From: a bacterium
GTDB taxonomy: Bacteria > Patescibacteriota > Minisyncoccia > UBA6257 > 02-FULL-45-10c
Direction of reading: 5' to 3'
NCBI GenBank assembly: GCA_021786945.1
Contig: JAJYMK010000003.1
Coordinates: 37,105-101,104 of the forward strand
DNA: 64,000 nt
Shown here: positions 10,737-19,746 of the stretch, one piece after another
Layout: the number at the start of each line of letters is the position of its first letter
Numbering within the stretch: the first letter of the stretch is position 1
The notes under the pieces: model-generated
The model's database searches: none
What the model was told of the DNA's origin: nothing
The model's input: only the letters and a program-made list of their open reading frames with translations
Position numbers and translations under genes: made by a program

Positions 10737-12629
10737 ATGTCTAAAAGATTTCAAAGCGGCCAGTCGTTGATGGAAATTTTGATTGGCCTTGGAATTATCT
10801 CAATAATGGTAGGTACTTCTACCTATGCTTTGGTTACTGTTTTAAGAACCAGCTCTACCACCGAGCAAAATCAAGCAGCTGGATTAATAGGTAACAGTCT
10901 TTTGGAATCAGCTTCTACTTTAGCCGAGGCAAATTGGAACTCGATTTATAACTTACAAAAAACTTTATCTAATCATTACTATCTTGTAAGATCTTCTACT
11001 ACCACCCCAACTCCCGTTGCGGGAGATGAAAGCGTTTTGGAGCAGGATGTTACGAACGGTTTGGTTGGCTATTGGAAATTCGATGAAGCTGGCGGCAGTT
11101 ATGCCTATGATTCTTCCGGTAATGGAAATTTGGGAACACTAACGAATATACCAGATTTAAACAGCGGGCTTGTTGGATATTGGAAATTCGATGAAGGATC
11201 GGGTGCATCTGTAACTGATTTTTCCGGAAATAATAATACGGGAACCTTGGTAAATTCTCCGACATGGACTGATAGTTTAAATTGCAGATTGGGTGGATGC
11301 TTGGGTTTTAACGGATTAAATCAATATGTTCAAGTTAATAATTCTCCTTCATTAAATCCCAATAATTTAACAATTTCGGTTTGGGCTAAGAGTAATACTT
11401 CTACTTGGAATGATTATGGTTTTTTGGTTAGTAAGAGAAATGCGTATATTATTCACCCGGTTCAAGGAACTAATAGTATTGGTTTTTATATTTATACAAC
11501 AGCTTGGACATCTGTTAGTTGTAGTGCTGCAAATATTACAAATTGGAATTTGTATACCCTAACATGGAACGGAACGACTCTGAGTTGCTATGTTAATGAA
11601 ACGATGGGATATTCAAATAATCCCGGCGGATCAATAAATGTTTCTGATGGCAATAATTTAACTATTGGTAGGGATAGTACTTTATCTAGGTATTTTAATG
11701 GCTTTATCGACAATGTTCGTATTTACAACAGAGCCCTAACCGCAACTGAAGTTTCGAGGCTTTATAATATGAATGGTTGTAAGGCTGGGAGTTGTATGGT
11801 TTTTAATGGAACAAATAATTATATATCGATTCCTCACAATGCCGTTCTTACCCCAACATCAGCCTTAACAGTTTCAGTTTGGGTTAATCCCACCTCAGTT
11901 TCTTCAGCTCTTGATATTTTAAATAAAACTTGGCAGTATTCGGGCGATCTTTATTGGCTTAGAATAAATGCCGGAGGAACTATTTATTGGCATATTGGAA
12001 CTGCAGATACCGTTGCTAAGGCTATGAATACGACAGCTTCAATTCAGGCTAATAAGTGGTCGCATATTGTGGCTACTTATAATGGGTCAAAAGCTTACGT
12101 TTATATAAACGGCATTAAGGACGCTAACTCCATTACAGTTTCTCCGTCTCAAAATTTTGGCCCATCTGTTTATAAACTTGATATAGGAGTAAGACTTGTT
12201 TATTTTTCTGGTCTTATCGATGATGTTCGTATCTACAACCGTGAATTATCGGCTAGTGAAATTTCCCAAATTTATAACAGCCAGGTTTATTCGAGATATT
12301 TTTATGTAGATAATGTGAATAGGGATGTTTGTGGCTCCGGAAATATTACTACGAGTGCCCAAAGCACATGTATTGGAACGAGCGGTGTTAGCGAAGATCC
12401 GGCCACGCAAAAAATTACAGTAGGAACATACTGGAATTTAAAGGGTGTAAAACAGGTTTTGGAAAATTATATTTATGTTACTAGGTGGTTGAATAGTGCA
12501 GCGGCGCAAAATGACTGGGGCGGCACCAGCGGTGTTGATACTTCGGTTTCCAGTTTCGGAACCGATTATTACAGCGCATCAAATATTTCGGTAACAGCTT
12601 CTGGTACCATTAAAGTATCGGGGCTTTAA
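10737..12629 (+). CDS. Pseudopilin-like protein with two LamG/concanavalin-A-like lectin domains
   Basis: Pilin-like N-terminus MSKRFQSG|QSLMEILIGLGIISIMVG with Glu+5. Two LamG_3-type signatures: LVGYWKFDE(A/G)...SGNGN.GTL and GFIDNVRIYNRALTATEV / GLIDDVRIYNRELSASEI. Confidence 0.75.
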   Translation: MSKRFQSGQSLMEILIGLGIISIMVGTSTYALVTVLRTSSTTEQNQAAGLIGNSLLESASTLAEANWNSIYNLQKTLSNHYYLVRSSTTTPTPVAGDESVLEQDVTNGLVGYWKFDEAGGSYAYDSSGNGNLGTLTNIPDLNSGLVGYWKFDEGSGASVTDFSGNNNTGTLVNSPTWTDSLNCRLGGCLGFNGLNQYVQVNNSPSLNPNNLTISVWAKSNTSTWNDYGFLVSKRNAYIIHPVQGTNSIGFYIYTTAWTSVSCSAANITNWNLYTLTWNGTTLSCYVNETMGYSNNPGGSINVSDGNNLTIGRDSTLSRYFNGFIDNVRIYNRALTATEVSRLYNMNGCKAGSCMVFNGTNNYISIPHNAVLTPTSALTVSVWVNPTSVSSALDILNKTWQYSGDLYWLRINAGGTIYWHIGTADTVAKAMNTTASIQANKWSHIVATYNGSKAYVYINGIKDANSITVSPSQNFGPSVYKLDIGVRLVYFSGLIDDVRIYNRELSASEISQIYNSQVYSRYFYVDNVNRDVCGSGNITTSAQSTCIGTSGVSEDPATQKITVGTYWNLKGVKQVLENYIYVTRWLNSAAAQNDWGGTSGVDTSVSSFGTDYYSASNISVTASGTIKVSGL

Positions 12630-12645
12630 TATAAATATGTGATAT

Positions 12646-13509
12646 ATGAATAAAAAATTAAAAATAATTTCATTTTTAACCTTTTTGACCGTTGGATTCG
12701 GATTTTTTTCTGATTTTGCTTCGGCTGCGACAAATATTGTTTCGGTGTCTCCTTATTATTATGCCTGGAATGATATAATTGGCTGGATAAATTTTTATAG
12801 CACCGGAAATGTTTATCTTTCTACAACTAATCTGACCGGCTATGCAAATTCAGATATTGGATATATTGCTTTTGATTGCGCAAGTTCACCGACCCCGCCC
12901 ACGGATTGTGTTACCACCTTTCCTGATTGGCACGTAACAAGAAGCGGCTCATCTCTTTCTGGTTGGGCTTGGAATGATCAAATTGGTTGGATTAGTTTTG
13001 ATTGCCACAACACTAACACCTGCCTTACATCAAATTATCAAGTAACTTTATCAGGGGATGAATTTATTGGTTACGCTTGGAATGATATTATTGGTTGGAT
13101 TAGTTTTAATTGTACGAATTCCGGAACTTGCGCGACGGTAGATTATAAGGTAAAGCGGTTGCCGGAAGTGGCTTTAACAGGATCCTTAATCTCTAGCACC
13201 TTTGACACGGGTGTTGCCGGGGGCGTTGTTTACAACACCGTTCTATATCACGGTACGAAGCCGGTAGGAACAGAGGTGAAACTTCAGTTGGCTACATCAG
13301 ATAGTTCGTCTGGTCCGTGGAATTTTAGCGGTTATGATGGGACGGATACAACCTTTTATACTCCAATAGGCCCAGATGTTTCTATAGCTTTGAACCCCGT
13401 TCTTTATAAAAACAAAAGATATTTTAGATATAAGATTTTCTTAAGTTCGGATACATACCAAAGCCTTACCCCGGAAGTTACCGGCGTTGTGGTTACTTGG
13501 AGCAGGTAG
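12646..13509 (+). CDS. Secreted protein with three Cys-containing (A)WNDIIGWI(S/N)F repeats
   Basis: Signal peptide MNKKLKIISFLTFLTVGFGFFSDFASA. Repeats YAWNDIIGWINF, GWAWNDQIGWISFDC and GYAWNDIIGWISFNC. It sits inside the pilus operon. Confidence 0.6.
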   Translation: MNKKLKIISFLTFLTVGFGFFSDFASAATNIVSVSPYYYAWNDIIGWINFYSTGNVYLSTTNLTGYANSDIGYIAFDCASSPTPPTDCVTTFPDWHVTRSGSSLSGWAWNDQIGWISFDCHNTNTCLTSNYQVTLSGDEFIGYAWNDIIGWISFNCTNSGTCATVDYKVKRLPEVALTGSLISSTFDTGVAGGVVYNTVLYHGTKPVGTEVKLQLATSDSSSGPWNFSGYDGTDTTFYTPIGPDVSIALNPVLYKNKRYFRYKIFLSSDTYQSLTPEVTGVVVTWSR

Positions 13510-13535
13510 TTTATTTATCGTTTATTAGTTAAATT

Positions 13536-13544
13536 TGTTATAAT
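13536..13544 (+). promoter_or_regulatory. Extended -10 element TGTTATAAT within the recurrent TTGTTATAATTAAATTAAT motif
   Basis: The same 18-nt motif recurs at 57268-57285, 51563-51580, 53784-53799 and 2617-2631, and partially at 6847-6857 and 3908-3920. Confidence 0.5.
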
Positions 13545-13590
13545 TAAATTAATCCAATGTCGGGATATTAATTAATTTTTTATAAAAAAA

Positions 13591-13959
13591 ATGAGTAAAT
13601 TAAATATAATTTTGTCGGCTATTGTATTGATTTTGTTGGTGGTTTTAGGTTTATTTTTTTGGAAGCCAAATTTCTTAACCGATTTAACAAGGCCTTGTTA
13701 TTATGCTGTTTATTTAACCAGCGGTGATTTATATTTCGGAAAAATAAGCTGGTTCGAACCGCATACTTTGACCGACGTGCGAATGATCCAGAGGGAGCAA
13801 GCCAGCGAAAAAGATCAGCCGGTTTTAAGCTTGGTTGAATTTAGTAAAAGTGTTGTTTGGGGTCCGATTAAGGAATTGGAACTAAATGAGAAAAATATTT
13901 TATGGATTTCGAAGTTGGGTGATGATAGCCAGGTCGTTCAGCTTATTAATAAAAAATAA
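13591..13959 (+). CDS. Small membrane-anchored protein (possible pilus assembly component)
   Basis: One N-terminal TM (ILSAIVLILLVVLGLFFW). Located in the pilus operon. Confidence 0.5.
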   Translation: MSKLNIILSAIVLILLVVLGLFFWKPNFLTDLTRPCYYAVYLTSGDLYFGKISWFEPHTLTDVRMIQREQASEKDQPVLSLVEFSKSVVWGPIKELELNEKNILWISKLGDDSQVVQLINKK

Positions 13960-13965
13960 TATTTT

Positions 13966-14391
13966 GTGAGGTTGGATTTATATAAAAATAGAGGAATAGC
14001 CGCCCTACCAACGCTTCTTTTGGTTGGGGGAATTATTACTGGAATTTCTATAGCCTTAACGGCTTCCGTCTATTTGTATATTAATTCCACATCTGGCGCA
14101 AATTTGTCTTTAAAGGCCCTTTCTGTCGCTAAATCTGGGGTTTATGATGGTTTGATGAAAGTAGTAAGAGATAAATCCCTGATTAGTGCCAACTATACCT
14201 TGAATATAGGAAATCAGACCGCTACTATAACTATTTGCCGCGACTCTGCTGAGTGCGGAGGCAGCGGAAAGTTTAAGATAGATTCTATCGGTACGGCTTT
14301 TACCAGAAGAAAGAAAATGGAGGCGATAGTTGCCGTAGATCCGGATACGGGTATTACAAAATTGGAAAGCATGAAGGAGGTAGCGTTATAA
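13966..14391 (+). CDS. PilX-like minor pilin / pseudopilin (GTG start)
   Basis: N-terminus NRGIAALPTLLLVGGIITGISIALTASVY resembles the PilX N-terminal helix. Confidence 0.5.
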   Translation: MRLDLYKNRGIAALPTLLLVGGIITGISIALTASVYLYINSTSGANLSLKALSVAKSGVYDGLMKVVRDKSLISANYTLNIGNQTATITICRDSAECGGSGKFKIDSIGTAFTRRKKMEAIVAVDPDTGITKLESMKEVAL

Positions 14392-14403
14392 TTATATTGA
14401 TAT

Positions 14404-15936
14404 ATGGATTTAAATTTATTTTCTAAAAAATATCCTGTATTGGGAAAATATTGGCAGAAAATCATTAAGCTTTTAAAATCCGAAAATATTATCGGCGGAA
14501 TTAGCATAAGCAGCACGGCGATACGTTTTATAAGATTAAACGAAGGCGTAATCGAAAAGATTGGAGTTGTTTTGGAGCCTGGGGTTATTGTGGCGGGCAG
14601 GTTAAAAAACAGAGACATATTTTTGAAGTCATTACTAGCCTTAAGGAATAAATTGGGTAATCCTAAAGAGGATATTCATGTAATTGTTTCTTTATCTCCG
14701 GACAATGTTTATACACAATCCTTTAATATTCCAGCTATAGAGGAAAGATTGGTTAATGAAGCGGCAAAGCTTAATTTGCAGCTTATTTCTCCTATTGATA
14801 TAAAAACGGCTTATACCGATTGGGAAAAAATAGGCGAAACCCAGGAGGAGGGCGGTAAAATAGAATTACTTGGAGCTTTTGCTAATAAGGTAATGGTGGA
14901 TGAATTTACATCGGTTTTTAAAGAGGCTGGTTTTGGGGTGGTGGCTATTGAATTTTCATCTCTGTCCCTGGCCAGACTTATAAAAGACGAATCTTTTAAT
15001 GCGAGCTTGGAAAAACCACAGGTAGTTCTTTCTATTTCAAGTGATGGCCCAGAATTTTTTGTTTTAAAAAACAATAAGCTCTATTTCAATTATTTCTTTC
15101 CATGGACATCGGTTGAGGGTAGGCAAATATCCCTTTCCGATTTTGATACTATTTTAACTCAGGAAATGAAGAAAGTTCTGAATTTTTATAGTAGTCATTG
15201 GAACGCTCAGCTTTCCGACCTGGTTTTAATTACTCATGGTCTTTACTCTGAAATAGAAGCAATAATCAAAAAAAATTTTCCGGCTATCAATATAAAACCA
15301 ATTATATTGAACGATAAATTCTCTGGTTTAAATCCTTCCTGGTACACTGCTTTAGGCAGTGCAATAAGGGGAACTATTTCAAGATCGGATGATATTTTTA
15401 TTAGTCTTATGGATGTTGGTACTGAACAGAGTTTTTTTGAAAGCCGGGTTAGTTATTTTGTAAAAATTTGGCGAACAATAGTTTTGTCGACTTTAGGCGT
15501 TGTTGTTTTTTTGTTCTTTTTGGAAGATATGTTTTTTATGCAAATCTCAAATAGTTTACAGGCTCAAATTTCAACAATAGTTTCCAGACCGGAAAGCCAG
15601 GAAATAACAAGCCTTGAAAATAAAGCAAGAGAGTTTAACAGTCTTATTTCAAAAGCCTTAATTGCAAAACAGGGCAGCAGAAAAGTGTCTAGGTTTTTTG
15701 ATATTTTTAAACAGTTGGCAGGTACTGATATCGAAATACAAAAAATTGTCTTCGACACTGATAGGGCTACGGTTTTGATAACAGCTATAGCAAAAAGCAA
15801 TCAGGCGGTTATAAATTTTAAAAACAATCTTTCTAGCCGCAGCGAATTCAGGAACGTGGAGTTTTCTTTTACTAGTACCACCAACAATCCTGACGGAACT
15901 ATTAATTTCCCAATGACGCTGGGTGTAAATATATAA
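14404..15936 (+). CDS. pilM: PilM-like actin-fold protein fused to a PilN-like segment
   Basis: ~350-aa PilM/FtsA-like region, then a TM helix (IWRTIVLSTLGVVVFLFFL), then a ~140-aa coiled-coil plus alpha/beta C-terminus typical of PilN/PilO. Confidence 0.65.
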   Translation: MDLNLFSKKYPVLGKYWQKIIKLLKSENIIGGISISSTAIRFIRLNEGVIEKIGVVLEPGVIVAGRLKNRDIFLKSLLALRNKLGNPKEDIHVIVSLSPDNVYTQSFNIPAIEERLVNEAAKLNLQLISPIDIKTAYTDWEKIGETQEEGGKIELLGAFANKVMVDEFTSVFKEAGFGVVAIEFSSLSLARLIKDESFNASLEKPQVVLSISSDGPEFFVLKNNKLYFNYFFPWTSVEGRQISLSDFDTILTQEMKKVLNFYSSHWNAQLSDLVLITHGLYSEIEAIIKKNFPAINIKPIILNDKFSGLNPSWYTALGSAIRGTISRSDDIFISLMDVGTEQSFFESRVSYFVKIWRTIVLSTLGVVVFLFFLEDMFFMQISNSLQAQISTIVSRPESQEITSLENKAREFNSLISKALIAKQGSRKVSRFFDIFKQLAGTDIEIQKIVFDTDRATVLITAIAKSNQAVINFKNNLSSRSEFRNVEFSFTSTTNNPDGTINFPMTLGVNI

Positions 15937-15942
15937 CTTAAT

Positions 15943-15970
15943 AAAAAGACGGGCCTTGTTGGCCCGTTTT
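15943..15970. terminator. Bidirectional terminator between convergent pilM and pth
   Basis: agacgggcc-ttgtt-ggcccgt flanked by A-run and T-run. Confidence 0.7.
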
Positions 15971-15971
15971 T

Positions 15972-16457
15972 TTATTTTTCTTTTGTTATTGCCGATAGCG
16001 ATTCAGCGAATACTTTATTAATAATTTCTAGATCTTCTTTTTTTATTTTTTTAAGAACAAACTCCTCGGCCTTCATTCGTTTCCCTTTTTCTTCGAGTGG
16101 CCTTATTCCAATTCTTAATCTCCAAAAATTTTTTGTGCCAAGTTTATTTATTATGTCCTGGATTCCTTTATGGCCGGCCGATGATTGATTTATCGTCAAT
16201 TTAAATTTGCCGATAACGATATCTGAATCGTCATGAATAACAAGCAGAAGCTCTGGTTTATTTCCTATTTTTTTGAATATTTTCATGGCCGAAGTTCCGG
16301 ATTCATTCATAAATCCTTGATTTTTTGCGAGTATGGCGGTTTTCGTAAAAATATCGGATTTAGTTAGAAAATCTATCATTAATTGGCCTACGTTGTGGTA
16401 GGTATTTTTATATTTAACTCCTTCATTTCCGAGTCCTAAAATTGCTTTGAAATCCAT
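15972..16457 (-). CDS. pth: Peptidyl-tRNA hydrolase (short form)
   Basis: GLGNEGVKYKNTYHNVG matches the Pth signature GLGNPG.KY..TRHN.G. 161 aa. Confidence 0.85.
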   Translation of the reverse strand: MDFKAILGLGNEGVKYKNTYHNVGQLMIDFLTKSDIFTKTAILAKNQGFMNESGTSAMKIFKKIGNKPELLLVIHDDSDIVIGKFKLTINQSSAGHKGIQDIINKLGTKNFWRLRIGIRPLEEKGKRMKAEEFVLKKIKKEDLEIINKVFAESLSAITKEK

Positions 16458-16542
16458 GTATTTATTATAGCAGGTGCCTTAAATTAGGCTATTTTTGGAG
16501 GCATTGTATTTTCTTTTTAATATAGTAAAATATAAGGAATGA

Positions 16543-16675
16543 ATCCCACACATAACAAAGATATTTGTTGTTAGTGTGTGGAAATGGCCAGATAATTAAT
16601 GTCGAAAGATAAGTAATTAATATATAAAAACAAGGTAAAGAAAGCAGGGCTTTCAATCTTTGTTATGTGTGGGAT
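16543..16675. promoter_or_regulatory. Perfect 20-bp inverted repeat (ATCCCACACATAACAAAGAT) flanking ~93 bp in the pth/lepB divergent region, plus a third degenerate copy
   Basis: 16543-16562 is the reverse complement of 16656-16675. An imperfect inverted copy lies at 16566-16581. The right arm overlaps the lepB start. Confidence 0.6.
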
Positions 16676-17225
16676 GAAATTGTTTTTATCGGCTTTTTGG
16701 GAGGTTGTGGAGGTTATTTTAATAGCTGTAGTTACTGTTTTTTTTATCAGAAACTATGTAATGCAGCCGTTTTTGGTGAGTGGTGCCAGCATGGAGCCTA
16801 ATTTTTCAACCAATAATTATCTTTTAGTTGATGAAGTTACTTATAGAATGAGGGCTCCGGAAAGGGGGGAGGTTGTTGTTTTTAAATATCCAAACGATCC
16901 GTCCGTATATTATATAAAAAGAATAATAGCTTTGCCTGGAGAGAGAATTGTTGTAAAAAATGGCGAGGTAAAAATATTCAACAATGCCAATCCTAATGGC
17001 TTTGATTTAAAGGAAAATTATCTGGGAACGAATTTGGTTACCGTTGGCAATATCGATGAGGTTTTGGGCCAAAATGATTATTTTGTAATGGGAGACAATA
17101 GGAATTTTAGTTATGATTCTAGAAGCTGGGGTTTTCTTCCTAAAGATAATATTGTTGGTATAGTAAGACTTAGGCTCTTTCCACTCGGATCGATCCAGGC
17201 CTTTAACTATGGTTCCGTAAATTAA
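16665..17225 (+). CDS. lepB: Signal peptidase I
   Basis: Catalytic Ser box GASMEPNF, Lys box YIKRIIALPGE, and GDNRNFSYDSRSWGF. The true start is probably the ATG at 16674 (MKLF...). Confidence 0.88.
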   Translation: MCGMKLFLSAFWEVVEVILIAVVTVFFIRNYVMQPFLVSGASMEPNFSTNNYLLVDEVTYRMRAPERGEVVVFKYPNDPSVYYIKRIIALPGERIVVKNGEVKIFNNANPNGFDLKENYLGTNLVTVGNIDEVLGQNDYFVMGDNRNFSYDSRSWGFLPKDNIVGIVRLRLFPLGSIQAFNYGSVN

Positions 17226-17241
17226 TTAAATTTTATTAAAT

Positions 17242-18537
17242 ATGGCCAAAAAAAATATAAATTTTTATTCGGTAAAAGGAACCCACGATATTTTGCCGTC
17301 TGAGCAATATATCTGGGAAAAAATCAGAAAAGAAATAAGAGATGTGGCTGAAACCTATTCTTTTTCCAGAATAGACACTCCTATTATTGAAAATTTAGAT
17401 TTGTTTCAGAGGGGTGTTGGAGAGGCTACCGATATTGTGGAGAAGCAGATGTTTACCCTTACTACCAAGGGTGGCGATAAGCTTGTATTAAGGCCGGAGG
17501 GAACATCGGCTATTGCCAGGGCTTATATTCAACACGGACTCTCACATGTAGGCCAACCCCTCAAGGTTTATTACGAAGGCCCATTTTTTAGATATGAAAA
17601 TCCGCAAGCCGGAAGATATCGCCAATTTCATCAGGCTGGTTTTGAGATAATCGGAGGCGAGAATGATCCTATTTATGATGTTCAGGTCATGCTTGCCAAC
17701 TTGCGATTATTGGAAAGTTTGAAATTGAAAAATATCAGCATACATGTAAATAGCATTGGCTGTAAAACATGCAGGCCTATTTATAAGAAAAAACTTCTCA
17801 GTTATTACAAGAGTAAAAAGAAAGAAATTTGTAAGGATTGTAACAGGAGAATGAATGATAATCCTTTAAGGCTTTTGGATTGTAAGGATGAAAAATGCGA
17901 GGTTGTAAAAAAGAGTGCGCCGATAATGATCGACGATCTCTGCGCTACTTGTCGAAGGCATTTTAAGGAAGTTCTGGAGTATGCCGAAGAATTGAAATTG
18001 CCTTATCAGATTAATCCGTTTGTGGTTCGGGGCCTCGATTATTACAATAGAACTGTTTTTGAATTTTTTACGGAAATTAATAATGCTGAGGGGGAAAAAT
18101 CTTTGAGTTTGGCATTGGGTGGAGGCGGAAGATATGATTATCTTTTTGAAATATTTGGTCAAAGGAGTACGCCTGCCGTTGGCGCAGCCTTGGGATTGGA
18201 AAGAATCGCCGAAGTTATAAAATCATTAAAAATAAATATTCCTGTCAGGCAAAAAAATAAAGTTTTTTTGATTGTTATAGGTATAGAAGCAAAAAAAAGA
18301 GGGATGTCACTGGTAGAGGAATTTGTTAAATCCGGAATAAATATCAGCGAATCAATGGGAAAAAATTCTTTGGGCGCCCAGCTCAAGGCTGCTGATAAAG
18401 AAGGAGCTGTGCTAGCTCTTATTCTTGGCCAAAAAGAAGTGTTTAAAGAATCAATTATTATAAGAGATATGAAAACCGGAGTGCAGGAAACCATTCTTCT
18501 CAAAAAAGTTGTTGCCGAAATAAAAAGGAGGGTTTAA
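17242..18537 (+). CDS. hisS: Histidyl-tRNA synthetase with Cys-rich insertion domain
   Basis: Class II motifs (LRPEGT, FRYE.PQ.GRYRQF, GGGRYD) and an anticodon-binding C-terminus. The insertion carries CxxC x3 plus CKDEKC. Confidence 0.9.
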   Translation: MAKKNINFYSVKGTHDILPSEQYIWEKIRKEIRDVAETYSFSRIDTPIIENLDLFQRGVGEATDIVEKQMFTLTTKGGDKLVLRPEGTSAIARAYIQHGLSHVGQPLKVYYEGPFFRYENPQAGRYRQFHQAGFEIIGGENDPIYDVQVMLANLRLLESLKLKNISIHVNSIGCKTCRPIYKKKLLSYYKSKKKEICKDCNRRMNDNPLRLLDCKDEKCEVVKKSAPIMIDDLCATCRRHFKEVLEYAEELKLPYQINPFVVRGLDYYNRTVFEFFTEINNAEGEKSLSLALGGGGRYDYLFEIFGQRSTPAVGAALGLERIAEVIKSLKINIPVRQKNKVFLIVIGIEAKKRGMSLVEEFVKSGINISESMGKNSLGAQLKAADKEGAVLALILGQKEVFKESIIIRDMKTGVQETILLKKVVAEIKRRV

Positions 18538-18540
18538 ATC

Positions 18541-18903
18541 ATGTCTGACTGTATTTTTTGTAAAATTATAAAAAAAGAAATTCCTTCTGATTTTGTATTT
18601 GAGAATAAAGACTTAGTTATTTTTAAAGACATTAATCCGTCTGCACCGGTTCATTATTTAGTTGTTCCTAAGGAGCATATTCAATCTATTGCCCATCTGG
18701 AGGGCAATCATAAGGAGGTTCTGGCTGAGCTTATTTATGCAGCAAAAAATGAAGCCAGAAAATTGGGTCTTAAGGGGTATAAATTAGTTTTTAATGTTGG
18801 CCGTGAAGGAGGCCAGGTTATAGACCACCTCCATCTTCATTTATTGGGAGGCTGGAAAAAGGCAACGGAGGTTGATCATAAAACTATACATTTAAAAATA
18901 TAA
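18541..18903 (+). CDS. HIT-family (histidine triad) nucleotide hydrolase
   Basis: HLHLHLLGG triad plus the N-terminal CIFCKI motif. Confidence 0.85.
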   Translation: MSDCIFCKIIKKEIPSDFVFENKDLVIFKDINPSAPVHYLVVPKEHIQSIAHLEGNHKEVLAELIYAAKNEARKLGLKGYKLVFNVGREGGQVIDHLHLHLLGGWKKATEVDHKTIHLKI

Positions 18904-18946
18904 ATATAGTTGCCAAACCGTTTCAAATCTGCAATAATATAAACCT

Positions 18947-19156
18947 ATGTTAATCAAAAGAAAAGAAGGGGAGTCGGTAAGTTCGCTTTTATATCGCTTT
19001 TCCAAAAGAGTTCAGCAAAGCGGAATTTTGCGTGAAGCAAAAAAGAGAAAGCGCCATGATAGGCCGGTTTCTCGAATTAAAAGAAAACTTTCTGCTCTTC
19101 ATAGAGTAGCCAAGAAAAAAGAGACAGAGAGAATGAAAAAGTTGGGTTTGGCTTAA
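18947..19156 (+). CDS. rpsU: Ribosomal protein S21
   Basis: 69-aa basic protein: KRKEGESVSSLLYRFSKRVQQSGILREAKKRKRHDRP. Confidence 0.7.
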   Translation: MLIKRKEGESVSSLLYRFSKRVQQSGILREAKKRKRHDRPVSRIKRKLSALHRVAKKKETERMKKLGLA

Positions 19157-19302
19157 TTTATTTTTTATGCCAGGCAGTGAAAATTCAATTGATCCGCAAA
19201 AGCGGCCGGTTATTGAATAAAAATTATTGTTTGGCAACAAATACGATTATTTCAATTTAAGTCGAAATTAACTAATTATTATTGAATTTCTACTGACCTG
19301 GT

Positions 19303-19746
19303 ATGGAATTGCAAAAAAAGATAAGCGACGATTTAAAGTCTGCTTTAAAGTCCGGCGATCAGCTTCGCTTGGGTGTTTTGAGGATGATAAATTCTGCTTT
19401 ACAAAATAAAAAAATAGAAAAGGGCAGGGATGCTGTTTTAACCGATGAAGAGGCCTTGCAGGTTTTAGCCAAGGAAGCCAAAAAAAGAAAAGAATCTATA
19501 ATTGCTTTTGAAAATGGCGGGCGTCCAGAGTTGGCGGCCGGTGAAAAAAATGAGCTGGTAATAATAGAGGAGTATCTTCCTAAGCAAATGAGTAGGGAGG
19601 ACGCGGTCAAAGAAGTTGAGAGAATTTTAGCGGGAATAACCGATAAGAGTAAGTTTGGTTTGGTTATGAAAGAGGTAATGAAAGAATTGAAGGGCAAAGT
19701 AGACGCGGCAATTATTACTGAAATTATAAAAGAAAAAATTGGATAA
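19303..19746 (+). CDS. yqeY: GatB/YqeY-domain protein
   Basis: YqeY-like N-terminus (LKSALKSGD..RLGVLRMINSAL) and C-terminal motifs. Confidence 0.7.
   Translation: MELQKKISDDLKSALKSGDQLRLGVLRMINSALQNKKIEKGRDAVLTDEEALQVLAKEAKKRKESIIAFENGGRPELAAGEKNELVIIEEYLPKQMSREDAVKEVERILAGITDKSKFGLVMKEVMKELKGKVDAAIITEIIKEKIG

Noticed and set aside
18520-18545. AGGAGG before the HIT gene (and AAGGGGGA before the CYTH gene and the 49100 gene) as evidence for SD usage
   Set aside because: At this base composition a handful of such hexamers are expected by chance, and most starts lack them. This cannot settle SD usage in either direction.
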